Assembly (NCBI GenBank): GCA_041749075.1
Contig: JBGTBY010000035.1
Location: forward strand, 209,870 to 273,869
Length of the DNA: 64,000 nucleotides
Reading direction: 5' to 3'
Origin: Balneolales bacterium
GTDB lineage: Bacteria > Bacteroidota > Rhodothermia > Balneolales > HLUCCA01
Below the pieces are notes generated by a model. That model made no database searches, was not told the DNA's origin, and saw only the letters and a program-made list of their open reading frames with translations. This document shows, one piece after another, positions 15,183 through 24,374 of this stretch; the stretch's first letter is position 1; each line of letters begins with the position of its first letter. The position numbers and the translations under genes are program-made.

Positions 15183-17170
15183 GGCAGTCCCGCCGGGGTT
15201 TCATCTTCCACCAGAATCCACGGTTCCAACAGCTTTTCGCTCAGATCCGCGATGAAACGGGATGGTTTCGTGAAATAATCCCCTCCTGCGCTTTGTGCGA
15301 TCGCCGGATACGTGAAAAAGAGGTGCTCCTTGGCGCGAGTGATGGCCACATACATTAATCGAAGCTCTTCATCCATCTGTTCGGGGTCGTCGATCGAATA
15401 TCCGGATGGCAGGATTCCATCCAGGCATTGCATGATGAAGACCGTCGACCATTCCAACCCTTTCGCGCTATGGATGGTGCTCAATACCAAGGGTTGCTCC
15501 ATATGATCCATCCCGACCACATCCACTGCCGTCGCATCCAATGGATCCAAACTAAGCTCCGATATCATTTTTTGGATGGATGTGTAATTGCGGGCGATGT
15601 TCTGAAGGATATCGAGATCCTGTAGCCGTTTTTCGTGATCCTCATAGGTTTTCCTGCAGATCGGCGTGTAATACTCCACCACCAGTTTGAACGCTTCATG
15701 TGTGGGGATGGATTTCGATTTGATGTCCATCAGCAAACCCAATAAGCCTGTCACATGCGATTTATAGGTGGATCCAGCCGGAAAATTCGCGCCCGAGCTG
15801 AGTTCGAAGCCATTCGTTTGCATCCAGTCGAAGAAATCGCGGGATGTTTTCGGTCCGATTCCATCAATCAATCCCAAAATCCGGTTCCAAGCGACACCGT
15901 CTGATGGATTCACGATCACCTTGAAATGCGCCAGGACATCCTTCACATGAGCGGCCTCAGTCAACTTTGTGCCGCCGTATTTCACATAAGGTATGGAGCG
16001 CTTGTTCAGGGCCACTTCCAGATCGAACGAATCGCGGCTATTGCGGAACAGCACGGAAATATCGCCTAACGAAGATCCTTGCTCACGCAGATTCAAAATG
16101 AGTTGGGAGATGAATCGGGATTGGTCCTCTTGCGTGGGGGCTTTCACGACTCCGGGTAAGTCTCCGCTTCCTTTCAATGCAATCAATTCCTTCGGAAACG
16201 CCTGTTTCGCCTGTTTAAGCACGATATTGGCCACATCCAGCACTTGTTGTGTGGACCGATAATTTTCTTCCAATGTGATGGTGATGGCGCCTGGAAACCG
16301 AGTCGGGAATTCCATGATGTGCCGATGTTCCGCGCCTCGGAAACCGTAAATGCTCTGGGCGTCGTCGCCGACCGCAAAGAAATTTCCATGCACCGACGAC
16401 ATCAGCTCTGCCAAATCCACCTGCAAGGCATTCGTATCCTGAAATTCATCGATCATGAGATGGCGGATGTCGCCCGCGGTTTTGATGCGGATCGATTCGT
16501 GTTCCTTCAGCAATTCCAATGTATAGGTTAGCAGATCATCAAAATCCATCTGATTGTGACGTTTCTTATGGTCACGGAATTGGGTCTGGATGGTGCGGAT
16601 GAGCTCCAGATGCGGTTTGAACGCCGGATAACGGTTCGTGAGAATCGCCTCAATGTCCTCCCTCCTGTTCACGCAGGCGGAAAAGATGGTCAGTAACGTG
16701 TTCTTTTTGGGAAACAGGGTATCGAGTTTGGCCACATCCGCTTCCGACCGATAATACTGGATGATATCGGATGCGTCGTCTGAATCGAGCACGGTGAATC
16801 CCGACTTGAAGCCAATTTTATCGGAATGATGCTGAAGCAGCCCGTGGCAGAACGAATGAAACGTACCACCCCTCACCTGTTTGCAGCGCCCATCCAACAA
16901 ATCGGCGGCACGCTCAAGCATTTCTTTCGATGCTTTTCGCGTGAATGTGAGCAATGTGATCTGATTCGGGGCCACGCCCGACTCGATCAAGCGCGCCACC
17001 CGATATACCAAGGTTCGGGTTTTACCTGTGCCCGCGCCAGCGATCACCAGGGCCGGTCCGGCGGTATGAAACACAGCCTTTCGTTGCGCTTCATTCAGAA
17101 GTGCATCATAATCAATCGTGTAGGCTTTATTGCGTTCCGGATCGTTGCGATTCAGTGAAAAAACTTTCAT
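15167..17170 (-). CDS. ATP-dependent DNA helicase, UvrD/Rep/PcrA family
   Basis: 667 aa. Walker A is ..VIAGAGTGKTRTLV... The SF1 motifs ..LMIDEFQDTN.., ..AVGDDAQSIYGFRGA.., ..LEENYRST.., ..STIHSAKGLEW.. and ..LMYVAITRAK.. are all present. Confidence 0.9.
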   Translation of the reverse strand: MKVFSLNRNDPERNKAYTIDYDALLNEAQRKAVFHTAGPALVIAGAGTGKTRTLVYRVARLIESGVAPNQITLLTFTRKASKEMLERAADLLDGRCKQVRGGTFHSFCHGLLQHHSDKIGFKSGFTVLDSDDASDIIQYYRSEADVAKLDTLFPKKNTLLTIFSACVNRREDIEAILTNRYPAFKPHLELIRTIQTQFRDHKKRHNQMDFDDLLTYTLELLKEHESIRIKTAGDIRHLMIDEFQDTNALQVDLAELMSSVHGNFFAVGDDAQSIYGFRGAEHRHIMEFPTRFPGAITITLEENYRSTQQVLDVANIVLKQAKQAFPKELIALKGSGDLPGVVKAPTQEDQSRFISQLILNLREQGSSLGDISVLFRNSRDSFDLEVALNKRSIPYVKYGGTKLTEAAHVKDVLAHFKVIVNPSDGVAWNRILGLIDGIGPKTSRDFFDWMQTNGFELSSGANFPAGSTYKSHVTGLLGLLMDIKSKSIPTHEAFKLVVEYYTPICRKTYEDHEKRLQDLDILQNIARNYTSIQKMISELSLDPLDATAVDVVGMDHMEQPLVLSTIHSAKGLEWSTVFIMQCLDGILPSGYSIDDPEQMDEELRLMYVAITRAKEHLFFTYPAIAQSAGGDYFTKPSRFIADLSEKLLEPWILVEDETPAGLPQLES

Positions 17171-17224
17171 GTGTGCAATATATGTACAACTTTCAGAATC
17201 CGCATCATGACGGTATATTCACGC

Positions 17225-17833
17225 ATGTTTCACGAACCTATAGTGTCGCACCTGCGAGTCGGCTGGATCGAAGTTGTTTGCGGCGGCATGTTTTCTGGAA
17301 AAACCGAAGAATTGATTCGTCGTGCGCGCCGTGCCCAAATCGCGGGACAGCGTGTGATCATCGTTAAGCCCCCCATCGATAAACGGTATGATGATGAGGC
17401 CGTTGTTTCACATAATCGCACGAAACTGCCTAGTATTATGGCCGAAACGGCCGATCAGATTGTCTTGCTTACCGGAAACGCAGAAGTCGTGGCCATCGAC
17501 GAAGCCCAATTTTTCGACCTCCGTCTGGTGGATGTGGCCAATAGCTTGGCCAATGATGGAAAACGGGTATTGATCGCAGGACTGGATATGGATTACCTCG
17601 GTCGTCCGTTCGAGCCAATGCCCCAGCTTATGGCCATCGCCGAGTATGTCACCAAATTGCACGCCATCTGCACCGAAAGCGGAATGATGGCCCATTATTC
17701 GCAACGCGTCGTGGAAAGCGACAATCGAATCCTGGTCGGAGAAGCGGATGCCTACGAGCCACGTGCTCGCCACTGTTTCCGGCCACCGAGCGACATCCGC
17801 CGCAAACGGCCGCTCCCATCCACCGAATCCTAA
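17225..17833 (+). CDS. tdk: Thymidine kinase
   Basis: ..VVCGGMFSGKTEELIRR.. is the P-loop. ..VVAIDEAQFF.. and ..KLHAICTESG.. are also present. I chose the ATG at 17225 (MFHEP...). The ORF-track start at 17171 would abut the divergent helicase ATG. Confidence 0.9.
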   Translation: MFHEPIVSHLRVGWIEVVCGGMFSGKTEELIRRARRAQIAGQRVIIVKPPIDKRYDDEAVVSHNRTKLPSIMAETADQIVLLTGNAEVVAIDEAQFFDLRLVDVANSLANDGKRVLIAGLDMDYLGRPFEPMPQLMAIAEYVTKLHAICTESGMMAHYSQRVVESDNRILVGEADAYEPRARHCFRPPSDIRRKRPLPSTES

Positions 17834-17851
17834 CATCTAAATCGCACTTAT

Positions 17852-19198
17852 ATGGACTTGCTAAGAGGTCTGATCGGACTCACCTTCATCATTGCGCTGG
17901 CGTATGCGTTCAGCGCGAATCGCAAAGCCATTTTATGGCGATTGGTCGGCATCGGGATGGGAATCCAGGCGGTATTGGCCATATTCATTTTGAAGGGTGA
18001 TTATCTGGCTCAGTTTTTCAGTCCACTTGGCTGGCCTCGACTCTTTTTCAAATGGGTCTCTTCTTTTTTTGTCTTGGTTCTGCAATTCACAGAGGAAGGA
18101 TCCCGTCTCATTTTCGGAAATTTGGCAATTGGACCCGGCGGTGAGGGAAGTTTGGGCTTTTACTTTGCCTTCCAAGTACTTCCGACCATTGTCTTCTTCG
18201 CGTCTCTCACCACCCTTCTGTACCATTATGGTGTCCTTCAAGCTGTGGTGAGATTTCTCGCAGTGGGGATGCAAAAACTCATGGGCACATCCGGTGCGGA
18301 GTCGCTATCGATGATTGCGAACATCTTTGTGGGTCAGACCGAAGCCCCTCTCGTTGTGAAGCCTTACGTTGCGAAAATGACTTCATCCGAGCTATTCGCT
18401 GTGATGACAGGTGGAATGGCGACCATCGCCGGCGGTGTGATGGCTACATATATCATGATGTTGGGTGATTCGTTCGCTGCAGCTCAAAATCTCAGCATCG
18501 AAGCTGGACGTCAGTTATTCGCTGAACAACTGTTGGGTGCGAGTCTGATGGCGGCTCCTGCGGCCTTGGTCATCGCAAAAATCTTGTTTCCTGAAGTGGA
18601 TGAGCCGGTTACCCGCGGTTCTGTCAAGATGGATGTGGAACAAACCGATGCGAATGGAATCGACGCAGCCGCCACGGGCGCAGCCGACGGATTGCGACTA
18701 GCGTTGAACGTTGGAGCTATGTTGCTCGCCTTTTTCGCTCTGCTGGCCATGCTCAATTATGTGGTCATGTTTCTTGGAGCATTGCCGAATCAGATCGGCG
18801 GACTCGTTGGCTTGGACATCCCCGTCTTCGAACTCAGCATTCAAATGATTTTGGGATGGATATTCGCTCCTGTGGCGTTCATGATTGGTGTTCCTTGGAA
18901 TGAGGCCTTTCAAGTTGGATCCTTGATCGGCACGAAGCTCGTGCTCACCGAATACATCGCCTATATCAATCTGGCTGAGATCGCAGCGATCGGCGGCTTG
19001 TCCGAGCGCACCATTTTCATGGCCACGTTCGCATTGTGCGGATTCGCGAATTTCACCTCCATCGCCATCCAAATCGGAGGCATCGGAGGCATCGCTCCAA
19101 CCCGCAAATCGGAATTGGCTTCCTTCGGCATGAAAGCCGTGATGGCTGGATCCTTAGCGAACTTAATGACGGCCACTTATGCCGGCATGTTGTACTAA
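17852..19198 (+). CDS. Concentrative nucleoside transporter (NupC/CNT family)
   Basis: 448 aa and polytopic. ..GTSGAESLSMIANIFVGQTEAPLVVKPY.. and ..CGFANFTSIAIQIGGIGG.. are CNT signatures. It is adjacent to tdk. Confidence 0.85.
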   Translation: MDLLRGLIGLTFIIALAYAFSANRKAILWRLVGIGMGIQAVLAIFILKGDYLAQFFSPLGWPRLFFKWVSSFFVLVLQFTEEGSRLIFGNLAIGPGGEGSLGFYFAFQVLPTIVFFASLTTLLYHYGVLQAVVRFLAVGMQKLMGTSGAESLSMIANIFVGQTEAPLVVKPYVAKMTSSELFAVMTGGMATIAGGVMATYIMMLGDSFAAAQNLSIEAGRQLFAEQLLGASLMAAPAALVIAKILFPEVDEPVTRGSVKMDVEQTDANGIDAAATGAADGLRLALNVGAMLLAFFALLAMLNYVVMFLGALPNQIGGLVGLDIPVFELSIQMILGWIFAPVAFMIGVPWNEAFQVGSLIGTKLVLTEYIAYINLAEIAAIGGLSERTIFMATFALCGFANFTSIAIQIGGIGGIAPTRKSELASFGMKAVMAGSLANLMTATYAGMLY

Positions 19199-19280
19199 GT
19201 TTCCATACTCATTCGTTTCCTACCCTGATTGGAAATCCCGAACTTAAACCATCGTCTATCCTAAAACAATCATACCCTAT

Positions 19281-21215
19281 ATGTCTTTGAAATCGATGAA
19301 TGCAGCGCTTTTGGCCGCTATGCTATTGGCTGGCGCATGCGCAAGCACCCGAAATGCGGATGACAGTCCTGTAGTGGCTGTGGTGAACAACCAGTCTATC
19401 ACTTACAACGAGTTAAAAACCCAGTTTAATCAGAACAGTTTCCGTGAAACCGCTGAAGAAGATCAGGCCGAGGCTCTTCGTGAGTTTCTGTGCCTCTACA
19501 CCGATTACAAAGTGAAACTACAGGCCGCTCAAGATGCGGGTTATATGCAGGATGCGGGCCTTCTAGACGAGCTTGAGCAGTACGAAACGCAAACCGCCTA
19601 TCCGTACTGGATGGAAAATCGGATCAAAGAGCAATTGCTGAACGATTACATCGCTCGTGCCAATGAAGAAATCCATGCTACACACATCTTGATTGCGCTC
19701 ACAGAGACCGCATCCCCTGCCGATACACTTCAGGCTTGGAATAAAATCATGGAAGCACGAGCGAAAGCCGTCGCTGGTGAGAATTTTGATTCACTGTCCA
19801 CCGTGTATTCCTCCATGCAGCAAGGACGCAGTATGGGCGGCGATCTGGGTTATTTCTCGGTCGGTTGGGCTGTCAAACCGTTTGAAGATGGCGCGTATGC
19901 CACAGCGGTCGGCGACATCTCGCCTCCTGTCCGTTCCCGTTTCGGATATCACCTGATCAAAGTGCTCGACCGTCGGGAAAGCACACCGGATCGGATGGTA
20001 TCGCATATTTTCATCGGATCCACACAAGAAGAAGCGGCCATCGCAGAGGCCATGGAACGAGCCCGTGAGGTTTACAAGCGTTTGGAAGAAGGTGCCCCAT
20101 TTGTCGATATGGCCATTGAATTCTCTGAAGACGGCCAATCGGGACCAATGGGCGGGCAAATCGGTTGGATCAATCATGGCCGGTATCTGGCCACTTTCAC
20201 CGAGCCTGTGATGAGTCATCCTACGGACGGATCTCATTCCGAGCCGTTCTATAGTGGCTATGGTGTTCACATCATCAAAATTGATTCGGTGCGGATGTAT
20301 CCGAACAAAGAAGCGGAACGTGCCGAGATGCTCACCCGCTTGCAACAGTTGCCTCATTTCCGCGATTCAAAAGTGGCTACCATCGCTCAGGCGCGTCGTG
20401 TGGCTGGAGAATCAAAGAACGCGGCGGTTCTGAATGAGGTCGAAACCATGATCACAACGAATCGGGCCAGAAGCTTTTCTACTTTGGAATGGCCAAACGC
20501 ATTAGCCTCCAAAACGGTTTACAGTGTTGCTGGTAGATCTTACACGGCGGCCGACTACATAGACTGGGTGAAGACACGAGTCGACACCACATCCACAGGC
20601 AATTACAATTTCGGATTGCGTGATTCATTTTTCGCCGCCAAAGTGGAAGACAACATCATCGCCATCACCAAAAAGGAATTCCCTGCATTTGCTGATTTGA
20701 GTGCCAATTATTTGAACGGCTTGGCGATTTTCAAAATCTCGGAAGATTCCGTCTGGAATTATGCCAAATCGGATTCAGCTGCGGTTCAAGCCCTGTTCGA
20801 GCAACAATCCGAGAAGTATATGTTCGACACACGATATGTGTACTACCGCATCACCGCATCGAACGATTCGTTGCTGCACGTGGCTCGTCAATTGATTTTG
20901 GATGGAGTTGTGCCTGATTCGTTGCGCGGTCAGGTCCAAGGCGTCATTGTTCGCGAAGATGTGGTCAACGCATTGGAAGGCGAACCTCACGACCAACTCG
21001 TGGGTGTGGATGTGGGTGGATTCAGCGACGTCTTCACGTTTCGCGGCCGTCCTACCATCTTGTTTCTGAAGGCGATCGAACCGGCGCGACCCATGACCTT
21101 CGATGAAGCCTACTTCCGTGTTGTCACCGATTATCAACCGATCCGCGAACGCCGCTGGTTGGATGCTCTTCGCGACACATACAAAGCGGTGGAATACCCT
21201 GAACGGATCCAGTAA
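19281..21215 (+). CDS. Periplasmic peptidyl-prolyl isomerase/chaperone with two parvulin domains (SurA/PpiD-like)
   Basis: 644 aa with a signal peptide (..LLAAMLLAGACAS..). The parvulin motifs are ..HATHILI...GGDLGYFSVGWAVKPFEDGA...RSRFGYHLIKV.. and ..GGQIGWINHGRY...GYGVHIIKI... Confidence 0.8.
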   Translation: MSLKSMNAALLAAMLLAGACASTRNADDSPVVAVVNNQSITYNELKTQFNQNSFRETAEEDQAEALREFLCLYTDYKVKLQAAQDAGYMQDAGLLDELEQYETQTAYPYWMENRIKEQLLNDYIARANEEIHATHILIALTETASPADTLQAWNKIMEARAKAVAGENFDSLSTVYSSMQQGRSMGGDLGYFSVGWAVKPFEDGAYATAVGDISPPVRSRFGYHLIKVLDRRESTPDRMVSHIFIGSTQEEAAIAEAMERAREVYKRLEEGAPFVDMAIEFSEDGQSGPMGGQIGWINHGRYLATFTEPVMSHPTDGSHSEPFYSGYGVHIIKIDSVRMYPNKEAERAEMLTRLQQLPHFRDSKVATIAQARRVAGESKNAAVLNEVETMITTNRARSFSTLEWPNALASKTVYSVAGRSYTAADYIDWVKTRVDTTSTGNYNFGLRDSFFAAKVEDNIIAITKKEFPAFADLSANYLNGLAIFKISEDSVWNYAKSDSAAVQALFEQQSEKYMFDTRYVYYRITASNDSLLHVARQLILDGVVPDSLRGQVQGVIVREDVVNALEGEPHDQLVGVDVGGFSDVFTFRGRPTILFLKAIEPARPMTFDEAYFRVVTDYQPIRERRWLDALRDTYKAVEYPERIQ

Positions 21216-21219
21216 TTCC

Positions 21220-22062
21220 ATGAGGATTGGGCTGATTCTTTGCTTGATCGTGCTTGCCGGCTGCTTCGGTGATCGACCCATGGCTCCAGGACGAGTCATC
21301 GCGCAAGTCGGTCCCGATGTGCTGACACATCAAGAAGCGGTGGATGCCATCCCCTATGCGGTTTGGGAATCGGACAGCGTCAAAGCGTTGTCCGATTATG
21401 CCAACTCATGGAGCATTCACAAATTGATGGTCAAAGAAGCCACTCGTTTGGGATTGGATCGATTAGTAGATGTCTCCCGACAAATCGAGTTGACCCGTGA
21501 CGGAATCTTGGTGGAAACGTTGCGAGATCGAGCTCTAAACACACTCAATAATGAAATGAATGTGACAGAAGCAGAAATCCAGGATTACTACGATACCTAC
21601 TCGAATCAATTCCGTCTCAATGAACGCCATGTTCGGGTCCGTCATTTCACAACCGCTCAATTGGAACAAGCGATCGCCGCAAAACGGGATTTGCAAGACG
21701 GGATGAGTTGGGAGAATGTGGTCGCTCAGTATTCGAATGACACTGAATTCGCACTACAGAGCTCGAATCAGATTCGTCCGGTCTCATCCGCGATTACATC
21801 CACACCAGTAATGCAAGCCTATCTGTCATCGCTGGGTGTCGGAGCGATTTCTGCAGTTAGGGAGTTCAATGGAGACTATCACTTCATTCAGCTCGTTGAA
21901 TCCTATGCGCCAGGCTCCGTGCCTGAAATTAGTTGGCTAAAAGAGCGTATTTTTGAGTGGTTGATTATTGAGAAGCGACGTCGCGCCCTTCTCGCTTATG
22001 AACAGAATTTATTGCTGCAGGCACAATCCGCAGGTACCGTACGAATCCAATTGAATCCATGA
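21220..22062 (+). CDS. SurA/PrsA-like lipoprotein with a degenerate parvulin-like domain
   Basis: The ATG at 21220 gives MRIGLILCLIVLAGC (perfect lipobox). The ORF-track start at 21103 lies inside the upstream gene. ..RHVRVRHFTT...GDYHFIQLV.. is parvulin-like. Confidence 0.65.
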   Translation: MRIGLILCLIVLAGCFGDRPMAPGRVIAQVGPDVLTHQEAVDAIPYAVWESDSVKALSDYANSWSIHKLMVKEATRLGLDRLVDVSRQIELTRDGILVETLRDRALNTLNNEMNVTEAEIQDYYDTYSNQFRLNERHVRVRHFTTAQLEQAIAAKRDLQDGMSWENVVAQYSNDTEFALQSSNQIRPVSSAITSTPVMQAYLSSLGVGAISAVREFNGDYHFIQLVESYAPGSVPEISWLKERIFEWLIIEKRRRALLAYEQNLLLQAQSAGTVRIQLNP

Positions 22063-23390
22063 CCCGTTTTCCCCTTTCCGTTTTCCTCATCCTTCTCAGC
22101 GTTCAATCCTTGTCGGCTCAAAGCGGTCAACCGATCGACAAAGTGGTTGCTATCGTCAATTCGAATCCGATCCTCAAATCGGATGTCGACCAACGCACGC
22201 TTCAATACATGCAATCGTCCGGTACCACCACCTTCAATGAAGGATTGTGGTATGATGTGCTTGAATCGATGATCGATAGCTATGTGCTGATCGAGAAGGG
22301 CAAGATCGATTCCGTCCAAGTGACGACGGAAGCCGTGAACCGCGCCCTTGATCAACGTATCCAAGCCATGCTTCAGCAGGTTGGATCGGAACAAGAATTG
22401 GAACGGATGTTCGGTAAATCCATCATCCAGATCAAAGCTGAATACCGTGAGATTTTCCGTGAGGAAATGATTTCGGAGCAGGTTCGTGAGACACAACGCC
22501 AAAAAATCCGGATTACGCGTCCAGAAGTGGTGAATTTTTTCAATAAGATTCCGACAGATTCCCTTCCTACGATACCAGAAACCGTGGAACTCGCTCACAT
22601 TGTTGCCATCCCTCCACCAAAGCCGGAGGCGGATGATGCGGTCTATCAACGCGCTGTCGCGATTCGCGATTCCATTTTGAATCATGGCAAAGAGTTCGAG
22701 GCGATGGCTCGTGCCTATGGCGAAGACGGAACAGCGCGCAACGGAGGCTTGCTCCCGATGATGGCGATGTCTGATCTGGTCTCCGAGTTTTCAGCCGCAG
22801 CGGCAGCCCTTGAGCCAGGCGGAATTTCAGAAGTTGTCAAAACATCCTTCGGTTATCACATCATTCGCTTAAATCGCCGGGTGGGTGATCAGATTGAGAC
22901 GAATCATATTCTCATGCGTCTTCGCAAGGCGGAATTAGACGATCAAGCCGCCATCGACAAGCTCAATGCCGTTCGCGACTCCCTTTCTATGCCGAACAAG
23001 ACTTTCTTCAATCTGGCTCGTCGTAATTCGGACGACAAAGGGTCCGCAGCTTTCGGTGGACGCCTGATGAACCCACAAACCGGAGACCGCCGCCTGCCGC
23101 TCGAAGCCTTGGATGGCGCTCTTTATCGCATGGTGCTATCACTGGAAGTGGATCAGGTATCGGAACCACGTCAATTCGAGATTCAAGATATTGGACAAAG
23201 CGCCTATCGAATCGTCAAACTGATCAATCGCGTTGCGCCACATCGTGCGAATCTCGAGCAAGATTATGATTTGATCGCATCGTTCGCCTTGCAATCCAAA
23301 CAAGTACGGGAAATGTCTTCCTGGATGGAGAGATTACGCAAAGATGTCCACATCCAATACATGATTCCGATTCCTGTAGCCAGCAACTGA
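22059..23390 (+). CDS. surA: Periplasmic chaperone SurA-like (parvulin PPIase)
   Basis: 443 aa with signal peptide ..LLSVQSLSAQ... The N-terminal SurA-type chaperone region is ..DKVVAIVNSNPILKSDVD... The parvulin domain is ..GGLLPMMAMSDLVSEF...TSFGYHIIRL... Confidence 0.8.
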   Translation: MTRFPLSVFLILLSVQSLSAQSGQPIDKVVAIVNSNPILKSDVDQRTLQYMQSSGTTTFNEGLWYDVLESMIDSYVLIEKGKIDSVQVTTEAVNRALDQRIQAMLQQVGSEQELERMFGKSIIQIKAEYREIFREEMISEQVRETQRQKIRITRPEVVNFFNKIPTDSLPTIPETVELAHIVAIPPPKPEADDAVYQRAVAIRDSILNHGKEFEAMARAYGEDGTARNGGLLPMMAMSDLVSEFSAAAAALEPGGISEVVKTSFGYHIIRLNRRVGDQIETNHILMRLRKAELDDQAAIDKLNAVRDSLSMPNKTFFNLARRNSDDKGSAAFGGRLMNPQTGDRRLPLEALDGALYRMVLSLEVDQVSEPRQFEIQDIGQSAYRIVKLINRVAPHRANLEQDYDLIASFALQSKQVREMSSWMERLRKDVHIQYMIPIPVASN

Positions 23391-23393
23391 TCC

Positions 23394-24374
23394 ATGAAGA
23401 ATTCTGAAATGGATGCGTCCGCCGCATTGTTCAAAGAGCGGTTTCATGCGTTGAGATCCGAAATCGCGAAGGTCATTGTTGGTCAAGACGAAATCATCGA
23501 ACACCTACTCATCGGATTATTCTCTAAAGGACATTGTGTGTTGGTCGGCGTACCCGGTCTCGCCAAGACCTTGCTCATTCGCACTTTGTCCGAAAGCCTC
23601 GGATTGCGCTTCAACCGCATCCAGTTCACACCCGATCTGATGCCAGGCGATATCACCGGCACCGAAGTGATCGAGGAAGACCCCGAAACCGGACGCAAAC
23701 GCTTCAGTTTCATCCAAGGTCCTATCTTCGCCAACATCGTTCTGGCGGATGAGATCAACCGGACGCCTCCCAAAACCCAAGCCGCCCTGCTTGAAGCGAT
23801 GCAAGAAACCCAAGTGACCGTTTCCGGAACCCGTCACGTATTGGAGAAACCTTTTTTCGTGCTTGCCACACAGAACCCGATCGAACAAGAAGGCACCTAT
23901 CCCCTTCCGGAAGCGCAATTGGATCGCTTTATGTTCTATTTGCAGCTCGATTATCCGAGTTTTGAGGAAGAAATCGACATTATCCGTCGCACAACCTCTT
24001 CCATCGTTCCTCAGATTTCACCTGTGCTTCAAAGTCATGAAATCCTCGAAATGCAGCAGATCACGCGGGAAGTAGCCGTTCCGGAATCGGTGCTTCATTA
24101 TGCCGTGAAATTGGTAAACGCAACCCGTGCGAACGACACCTCGGCCGATGAAATGGTTCGCAAGTATGTGAGCTGGGGAGCTGGACCAAGGGCGTCTCAG
24201 AATCTCATTCTCGGTGGAAAAACCCGTGCACTAGCCCATGGACGTTTCCATGTGTCGGAAGAAGACATCCGCGCCCTGGCTGTACCTGTGCTCCGTCATC
24301 GTATCGTGTTGAATTACGCCGCTGAAGCGGATGGTTTGGATGCCCAGACACTGATCCATCGCCTTATCGGCTGA
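23394..24374 (+). CDS. MoxR-family AAA+ ATPase
   Basis: 326 aa. ..VLVGVPGLAKTLLIRTL.. is Walker A. ..RIQFTPDLMPGDITG.. and ..ILADEINRTPPKTQAALLEAMQE.. are MoxR signatures. Confidence 0.92.
   Translation: MKNSEMDASAALFKERFHALRSEIAKVIVGQDEIIEHLLIGLFSKGHCVLVGVPGLAKTLLIRTLSESLGLRFNRIQFTPDLMPGDITGTEVIEEDPETGRKRFSFIQGPIFANIVLADEINRTPPKTQAALLEAMQETQVTVSGTRHVLEKPFFVLATQNPIEQEGTYPLPEAQLDRFMFYLQLDYPSFEEEIDIIRRTTSSIVPQISPVLQSHEILEMQQITREVAVPESVLHYAVKLVNATRANDTSADEMVRKYVSWGAGPRASQNLILGGKTRALAHGRFHVSEEDIRALAVPVLRHRIVLNYAAEADGLDAQTLIHRLIG

Noticed and set aside
21103-21219. N-terminal extensions suggested by the ORF track. They appear here and at 17171, 29726, 30832, 32140, 35787, 39651, 58655, 61813, 2210 and 9757.
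   Set aside because: Each extension lies inside the preceding gene or the divergent promoter. Each lacks family-typical sequence. An internal ATG or GTG gives the canonical N-terminus (lipobox, P-loop spacing, MSFID.. and so on) and a standard stop/start junction.
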